A stretch of 64,000 nucleotides of DNA, taken from NCBI GenBank assembly GCA_964016885.1, contig OZ024758.1:13144001-13208000 (forward strand), written 5' to 3'. Positions 55,866 to 64,000 of this stretch are shown one piece after another. The stretch is from Eledone cirrhosa. Its lineage: Eukaryota. Within the stretch, counting starts at the first letter, position 1. Each line of letters opens with the position of its first letter. The notes under the pieces are model-generated. The model was not told the DNA's origin and ran no database searches. It saw only the letters and a program-made list of their open reading frames with translations. The translations under genes were made by a program, and so were the position numbers.

Positions 55866-56191
55866 CTTAGTGGTTAGAGCATTGGCCTTGCAATCGAAAG
55901 GTTGTGAGTTCAATTCTCAGACCGGGTGATGTGTTGTTTCCTTGAGCAAGGCACTTTATTTCACATTGCTCCAGTTTACTCAGTTGTAGAAATGACATGA
56001 TAGGGACTGGGGTCCCTATCATTCCACTGCAAAGTGGTCGTGGAGGTGCCACGGCAAAAAAGCACCCAGCACTCGCTGTAAATGAGGTTGGTGTTAGGAA
56101 GGGTATCCAGCTGTAGAAATCAAGCCAGAATCAGTTCCCGTCCCACCCTTGCAAGCAGGGAAAAAGCGGACGTAAAATGAAATGATGAATG

Positions 56192-57193
56192 AAATAATAA
56201 TAATAATGAAATTATTGTGTAAAGTGCTCAGGTGCACTACAACTCGTCAATATAGTACATAGAATAATACACAAATGCCAGGGAAGTACATGTTTGTATG
56301 TGTTAGCTGTAGTGTTGGCGGATCTCGGGAAGCATGGAGGCCTTAAAGGATGCAGTGTCTCGACAGCTAACAACTGATGCAGGTAGTTTGTTCTATGCTT
56401 CAGCAACTCTGAGCGTGAAAAAATGTTTCCGAAAGTCATGGGAACTGTGCTGTTTTCTTACTTTGTGGGCATGTCCACGTGTGTTAGACACATGGAAATC
56501 GAAAAGGCACTCAGGGTTGTTGTTGGCAACATGGTTAACAATTTTGTGGGTGTTTACCAAGTCAGTTGCCAGGCGTCGGAGCTTCAATGAATCCATGCCC
56601 AGGGAAGCAAGGCGCTCAGAGTATGGTAGATGCCTGATGGAGGGTATTCGCTTGGTTGCACGTCTCTGAACAGTTTCCAGGCGGTCAATGTCCTGAGCAA
56701 GATAGGGGTTCCAGACTGGTGATGCAAATTCTAAGTGTGGTCGCACCATAGCTGTATACAGCCTTAAATAGATATCTGGAGAGCGGCTGACAAAGGTCTT
56801 GCTGAGTGATGCTAAGACACCCTCGGCCCTCTTGACAATTTTAGAGACGTGCCTCGTCCAACGCAAATCGCTGCTGACCGTAATGCCCAGGTCACGTTCA
56901 CAGGAAGACTTCTTGATATTAGTGCTGTGAAGGGAGTATGTGGACGCTGGGTTTTTACTCCCAAAATGCATGGTGGTGCACTTGTCCACAGCTAGCTTGA
57001 GTTGCCAGTCTGAGATCCACTGTTGCATTGTGTCCAGGTCAGACTGCAAGCAAGATCTATAGTGTTCAGGATCTGTCCTTTTTATCTCAAGGTACAGCTT
57101 GATGTCGTCTGCATACTTTAGTACTGTGGCATTCCTTAAGTTGGCATCTATGTCATTAATATATGCCACAAACAAAAGGGGGCCAAGAACAGA
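56192..57193 (-). mobile_element. CR1-clade LINE, 5'-truncated (RT C-terminal half, 3'UTR, (ATT)n tail)
   Basis: SVLGPLLFVAYINDI, LKYADDIKLY, ERDLG, VRPHLEFASPVWNPY, LETVQRRATK, TRGH; 3' fragments also at about 38335-38725, 31815-31930, 49560-49660, 53115-53168. Confidence 0.93.
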
Positions 57194-57694
57194 TGATACA
57201 CACAATAACATTACAAATCGTTTGCAATTCTTTCAGAATGAAAATATAAACAGAGCATATAAATAAATTTACAGTAGAATAGTATAACAAATATATTTTA
57301 AATATATACAGAAATAACATTACAAATGCTTAGATAACATTATAAATAGCTCGCGATTCATTCAGAAAGATATATTCTTTTAATGTTACAATATTCATTC
57401 AGAAAGATATATTTTAATGTTACAATATTCATTCAGAAAGATATATTCTTTTAATGTTACAATATTAAAGAAAATGTAAAGAAAGGGGTGAACAACTAAA
57501 TTTACAGTAGAATAGTATAACAAATATGTTTTAAATATATACATAAATAACATTACAAATGCTTAGATAACATTATAAATAGCTCGCGATTCATTCAGAA
57601 AGATATATTCTTTTAATGTTACAATATTAAAGAAAATGTAAAGAAAGGGGTGAACAACTGAGCCAACACCAGCGAGGGGTACTGGGCAACCTCT

Positions 57695-58021
57695 CTAATT
57701 ATTTTTGAGGCAAGCCAGCACACTCGCAGCGTTGCCTCGAGTGATGGCGAGGCTGATGCGCTGAAACAGCCAAGCGCCCTCACGAGATTCGCCAGTTACC
57801 TCTATTAGGCGAGCCGCCAGTGAAGAGAGGAACCTGGTAGTCAGCGGCCCGACTCCCTCAAACGTCTCGAAAACCACAGGCTGAAAAATGTAGCTGGCCG
57901 ACAGATCAGAGTATTTGAGGGTCTTACTCCGCTCGGCTGCGGAAGCTGTGGCTCTCGTCCTAACCGCAGCATCCAGGATGTGGGAAAGAGCAAAAGAGTC
58001 ACTAACAGTGACGTCCCAGAC
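57695..58021 (-). mobile_element. Restriction-like-endonuclease C-terminus of a CRE-like non-LTR retrotransposon (5'-truncated)
   Basis: WDVTV..AAERSKTLKY..FQPVVFETFEG..LFQRISLAITRGNA, the D/E-K-KY RLE plus QRxSxAxxRGNA signature. Confidence 0.75.
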
Positions 58022-59739
58022 ACATATAAATACAGACAAACATTTGGCAGTATCGGTAGAGGGTCGGACGCCATGCTTTGCAGCACAGAGTTACGGCTCT
58101 TGCCATTCTGAGTTCAAATCCCGCCGAGGTTAACTTTGCCTTTCATTCTTACGGGGTCGATAAAATAAAGTACCAGTAATGTACTTGTGCCAAAAGTAGA
58201 AACATATATATATATACACACACATATATATATACACACACACACAAATATACATACATACATACGTGTGTCTGTGTCTCATGTTTGTAACACATACATT
58301 GATACTTTACCTATATACATATATTATAAACTCGAGGTTAACTTTGCCTTTCATCCTTACGGGGTCGATAAAATAAAGTACCAGTAATGCACTGGGTGAT
58401 TGCTGGCCTTGTGCCAAAAGTATATAACAATTATAAAATAAAGAACTTTTATACACACACATAATATCTGTGTGTGTGTGTCTGACGTAAAAGTCATTTT
58501 ATATTGAGAGTTCAAATCCCAGTTTGTTATCAATAAAAGACATCTCCACAGTGGGATTGCACCATAAAACATGCTGTTACGAAGTCATCTTCTTATCTTT
58601 TTGATACCAAACCACCTAAAATTGCCCCCCTTGCTTTTACGATACAATACAGTTTGTTAATTTTATGTGAGAACCTTTGTTAAGTTATGCCCCCCCCCTC
58701 CCCCATTCCAACCAGCATAATAATTGTTTCTACTTTTAGCACAAGGACAGCAAATATCTCCAGTGCATTAACTGGTACTCTGCAATTCCGTAAGGATGAA
58801 AGGCAAAGTTTGAACTGAGAACGTAAAGGGACGTAACTCTATGTTGCAAAGCATGGCGTCCGACTCTCTACCGATACTGCCAATCCACCAGCATAATAAT
58901 TGTTTCTACTTTTAGCACAAGGCCAGTAATTACTCCAGTACATTTACTGGCACTTTATTTTATCAACCCCGGTAAGCATGAAAGACAAAGTTAACCTCGA
59001 CGACATTTGAACTCAGACCGTAAAGGGCCGTAACTCTATGCTGCAAAGCATGGCGTCCGACTCTCTACCGATACTGCCAATCCACCAGCATAATAGTTTC
59101 ATATTTAGGTACAAAGCCAACAATTTTTGGGTAGGGGAAAAATCGATCCCAGTGAGTTACTAGTACTTATTTTATCAGCATAACAATGAGGAAGTTATTT
59201 TACCAAATCCCTCAAAAACCTTCATGATTTCGAAATAATTAGGGGCTATTAAAACAAACGGAAACCGAGACCTTGTCTGATTTATATAAAATATTAACAG
59301 TGCAAGGGAAGTAACTCGGAAATATTCAATATCTGTTCTTACCATAAAATTGTTACAGGTGAAGAATAGGTAGAATTGTTTGAATGTCTGATAGAATACT
59401 TTGAGGTATTTATTTCAGACTCTCTGCCCTTTCAGTTAAAATCTTTCCGAGATCAACTGTATCTTTCATCCATTTTAGATCCATAAAAAAAAGTACCAGC
59501 CAAATACTGGGGTCGATTCTTCCTCTATATCTCCTCACTGCCATTATCTCTCACTCTCCTTTCATCCATTCAAGTCGATGAATAAAAAAACAATTACCAG
59601 AATGTTTATTGTATTCATCCATCTTCTAATATCCCTCACTCTCTATATATATCATTCCCTGGAAGATATCTGCTGTATTCAAACCAAGAGAGGATACGGG
59701 TTCCGTCAGGCTTTTAAGATGACCTAGAAACGTCGTATG

Positions 59740-59940
59740 TCATCATGGCGTTAATAAGACTTCTTCGGGAATTATGGAACTATACCCAGTTCTCGCGAGA
59801 TTTTCTCGAGAACCAATATGGCGACGTTAAAGATGGGATAATATCTGTTACTATCGCAATCTACAGTGACGTCCATTTTATTCAATCTTTTCTCAATAAT
59901 TGTAATCTGCCTCCGTCGGGGTTGCTAAATCGTTGACGTT
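59740..59940. promoter_or_regulatory. Putative CpG-rich promoter-like element
   Basis: Perfect TCTCGCGAGA palindrome (59791-59800), CAATATGGCG YY1-like site (59814-59822), GTGACGTC CRE-like site and local CpG enrichment in apparently non-repetitive DNA. Confidence 0.45.
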
Positions 59941-60621
59941 TGAAATATTTTGGATCGATAACAATAAAGATTCATTTGTTTGTGGGTTTTTTCATGATAC
60001 TCAAAATAAAAAGTTATTTTATTGAATACTTTCGATAATTGTTTCTACTTTTGGCACAAGGCCAGCAATTACTCAGTACATTACTGGTACTTTATTTTAT
60101 CGACCTCGTAAGGATGAAAGGCAAAGTTAACTTCGGCGGGGTTTGAACGCAGATCGTAAAGGGACGTAACTATGGTAGAAAGTTTTCCATAATGTCATAT
60201 TTTTCTATTATACTGGAACATAATGTCATGTCTATAACTAAAAATTGGTAATTATTATATAACAGACCTGTCAACTCTTTCAGAAGATCCCGTAATAGTG
60301 TGAAAGCAGCGATTCTTTGCTTAAACTTTAATATGTACTAATAAAAATAAAAAAATAAAAAAAATAAATATATATATATCGCATATATGTTATAGAATGC
60401 CGTTAGCTTCTTGCTAAAACAATCTCTATACCTCTCATTTATATATATATATATGTAGATAAATCTACCAAGAGTTTACGGTAGTGTCCAATCCGTATGA
60501 AGAACTCAATGTATTCCGGATATCATGGAAAGAAGAAATGTAATGAAAAATCACTTTCGGTGAAAGATAAACGGTATACAGAGTCAAGATAAAATATTAA
60601 ACAAATAATGAATAATGAATA

Positions 60622-60769
60622 ATTATTTCTGAAGACGGCGTATATATGTGTTGGTATGTATATTTAATCTTGATAGTTTGTATAATTTTGTATAATTTTG
60701 TACATAGATCTGTTGAATATGCATGCCAACTCTAACACATATATATCCTAGAAACGATCGTTAAATAAT
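60622..60769 (+). ncRNA. Type I hammerhead motif with a long extended stem II
   Basis: attattt-CTGAAGA-[115 nt; tatatatgtgttgg pairs with ctaacacatatata]-GAAA-cgatcg-TT-aaataat; perfect 7-bp stem I, palindromic stem III. Confidence 0.62.
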
Positions 60770-60791
60770 GAACTTTTTTTGTTTAATATAA

Positions 60792-60846
<55 letters not shown>

Positions 60847-60938
60847 TAAACTCTTTCAGAAGATCCCGTAATAGTGTGAAAGCAGCGATTCTTTGCTTAA
60901 ACTTTAATATGTACTAATAAAAATAAAAAAATAAAAAA

Positions 60939-60978
<40 letters not shown>

Positions 60979-61933
60979 TAAACGGAATAGAAAATGCTGA
61001 CAAATTGTTCACAAACATATATATATATATATATACAAGGGTAGGTCGACTATGACGGACTGATGCTAGAGCTGTGAAATCTTGCATGAATTAATTTCAA
61101 CTACATTGTTTTTTTCCAGGGACTATGTTGAAAAATATATATATATATATATATATATTGGTAAACGGAATAGAAAATGCTGACAAATTGTTCACAAATA
61201 TATATATATATATACAAGGGTAGGTTGACTATGACGGACTGATGCCAGAGCTGTGAAATCTTGCATGAATTAATTTCAACTACATTGTTTTTTTCCAGGG
61301 ACTATGTTTAAAAATAAACCTCATCTGGTCATTCCATGAACGTATCTTGGTCAGCCTATGAACCTTTCAGCCGACCCTCGTATATCGATCGTTCTACATA
61401 ATAAAATAAATACTACCTGATTGATCTGTATATGTAAATTCCAAACGATTGCTCCATAGCCGAAGATGACAATGCGGTATTTATTTTCTTTACTATCTTA
61501 AAACGCGTTCGTGTTAGGTTAACGGTTTTTCTAGAAAAGAAATAAAGTGATGTCTATTCTTGTTTCAATATTTCCTTTTTTTGTAAAGTATTTTTATTAT
61601 TAATAAATCATTTGGAATTTACATATACAGATCAATCAGGTAGTATTTATTTTATTATGTAGAACGATCGATATACGAGAGTCGGCTGAAAGGTTCATAG
61701 GCTGACCAAGATACGTTCATGGAATGACCAGATGAGGTTTATTTTTAAACATAGTCCCTGGAAAAAAACAATGTAGTTGAAATTAATTCATGCAAGATTC
61801 CACAGCTCTAGCATCAGTCCGTCATAGTCAACCTACCCTTGTATATATATATATATATTTGTGAACAATTTGTCAGCATTTTCTATTCCGTTTACCAATA
61901 TATAATAACTTGTGTGTTACACCTCTATTCTTT

Positions 61934-61980
<47 letters not shown>

Positions 61981-62259
61981 AGAGAGAAAGAGAGAGGGGG
62001 AAAGAAGAAGAAGAAAACACTGAAATTTCGGTTACATGTATTTATGTTTTTATTGAATATCGATCTGTTATGTATGTTTCATAAATGATTGGCTCAAGGT
62101 AACCCATGGAAGTTATGGACCTGATTCCAGCATTGATCTGCTCTTCAGACTGGTGATTCAGCCAAAAATAAATATTGGTACCACCACCATTAATTCACTG
62201 AATCACCTACACTATATATATATATATATACCACCACCATTAATTCACTGAATCACCTA

Positions 62260-62301
<42 letters not shown>

Positions 62302-62363
62302 TAGGTGATTCAGTGAATTAATGGTGGTGGTACCAATATATATGTATATATATATATATATAT

Positions 62364-62411
<48 letters not shown>

Positions 62412-62585
62412 TATTTCATTATCTTGTGACTTATCATTTACCAGATACTGTAGTAAATTTAATAGTTAATAATTGTGTATATAACTGTGTATACAATTGT
62501 GTATATAAAGTTGTAATAAAATACATAGAGATGAGGTAATAGATTAATATAGAATTTCTCATAAATTAGTTTAAATGAGTTTAAA

Positions 62586-62750
62586 TTATTGGCAGGCATT
62601 AGCGTATTGTTCAGATTTCAAAAATCTAACGTAAGGGTCTCGTTGCATGAAATCATAGATTTCCTTTTGAGCATCATCAAAGACATTTCTATGGGGGTCA
62701 GCTTCAACAGCTTTTACTGTCCTGTCTCTGTTGGGGGCTTTCAGATTTAC
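62586..62750 (-). CDS. RGS paralog B last exon (165 bp); remainder of the gene lies beyond the window end
   Basis: ttttcag|VNLKAPNRDRTVKAVEADPHRNVFDDAQKEIYDFMQRDPYVRFLKSEQYANACQ*; same length and phase as the paralog A last exon; absent from the ORF track. Confidence 0.9.
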   Translation of the reverse strand, partial: VNLKAPNRDRTVKAVEADPHRNVFDDAQKEIYDFMQRDPYVRFLKSEQYANACQ

Positions 62751-62799
62751 CTGAAAATATAAGAATGGGGAGTAACAAAAAATAAAAAGACAAAACCAA

Positions 62800-63932
62800 A
62801 TAATATCTCACATAACATTTACATTACTCTATATATACTATTGTATTTTCACAGTAAAGGCTTTACCTCACATAATATCTCACATAACATTTACATTACT
62901 ATATATATACTATTGTATTTTCACAGTAAAGACTTTACCTCACATAATATCTCACATAACATTTACATTACTCTATATATACTATTGTATTTTCATAGTA
63001 AAGGCTTTACCTCACATACTTATCTCACATAACATTTACATTACTCTATATTTACTACTGTATTTTCATGGTAAAGGCTTTACCTCACATAATATCTCAC
63101 ATAATATTGAATCTATAAGATTTCAATGTTATTTATTTTGAGAACAACACCTTAACCTCAGTATGAGTGACCAGTTTGAACAGAAAGAGGTGAGGGAATT
63201 CTGGCTGGAAATGGCCGGTTTGAACAGAGAGAGTTGAAACAATTCTGGCCGAATATGGCCAGTTTGAACAAAAAGAGGTGAGAAAATTCTGGCTGGATTT
63301 GGCTGATTTGAACAGAGAGAGTTGAGAGAATTCTGGCTGGATATGGCCAGTTTGAACAGAAAGAGGTGAGAAAATTCTGGCTGGATTTGGCTGATTTGAA
63401 CAGAGAGAGTTGAGAGAATTCTGGCTGGATATGGCCGGTTTAAACAGAAAGAGGTGAGAAAATTCTGGCTGGATTTGGCTGATTTGAACAGAGAGAGTTG
63501 AGAGAATTCTGGCTGGATATGGCTGGTTTAAACAGAAAGAGGTGAGAAAATTCTGGCTGATTTGAACAGAGAGAGTTGAGAGAATTCTGGCTGGATATGG
63601 CCGGTTTAAACAGAAAGAGGTGAGAAAATTCTGGCTGGATTTGGCTGATTTGAACAGAGAGAGTTGAGAGAATTCTGGCTGGATATGGCCGGTTTAAACA
63701 GAAAGAGGTGAGAAAATTCTGGCTGGATTTGGCTGATTTGAACAGAGAGAGTTGAGAGAATTCTGGCTGGATATGGCCGGTTTAAACAGAAAGAGGTGAG
63801 AAAATTCTGGCTGGATTTGGCTGATTTGAACAGAGAGAGTTGAGAAAATTCTGGCTGGATTTGGCTGATTTGAACAGAGAGAGGTGAGAAAATTCTGACT
63901 GGATATGGCCGGTTTAAATGCTAAAGGGCTAA
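62800..63932 (+). repeat. MITE-derived arrays: about 4 x 72 bp plus about 17 x 44 bp (mostly 88-bp dimers)
   Basis: Alternating gaacagaaagaggtgagaaaattctggctggatttggctgattt / gaacagagagagttgagagaattctggctggatatggccggttt units ending in taaatgctaaaggg. Confidence 0.88.
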
Positions 63933-64000
63933 GAATTGATCTGAGATTCACAGAAAACTAAAAGTATACTTACAGCACGGGTGGCCTTTTTAGAAACATA

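Overview
Eukaryotic, very AT-rich, microsatellite-laden animal DNA. The SINE/LINE content suggests an octopod cephalopod, which is an inference. Most ORFs in the supplied track are artefacts of (TA)n/(CA)n repeats. I traced four spliced genes by hand. (1) Five internal exons of flotillin-1 (+, 1046-20625), broken off at a 200-N scaffold gap (21196-21395). (2) A 20-coding-exon, about 841-aa C2-PDZ-DH(RhoGEF)-PH gene (+, 23058-45440) resembling the vertebrate RGS3 N-terminus and protostome PsGEF, but lacking an RGS domain. (3) A convergent stand-alone RGS-domain gene (-, 48830-51729, 5' end unresolved). (4) The last exon of a second RGS paralog (-, 62586-62750). Introns and intergenic DNA contain RTE, CR1, CRE-like and Penelope-like retroelement fragments, two tRNA-derived SINE families, piggyBac-type and mariner-type MITEs that seed tandem arrays, and a tRNA-Asp/SINE chimera. 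The most unexpected signal is about a dozen type I hammerhead-ribozyme-like motifs from several unrelated families. They sit in short (TA)n-flanked direct or inverted repeats, show structure-preserving variation, and include a U3-A8 core variant. This suggests a Penelope/retrozyme-type self-cleaving RNA system. All folds were done by eye and no activity is demonstrated.
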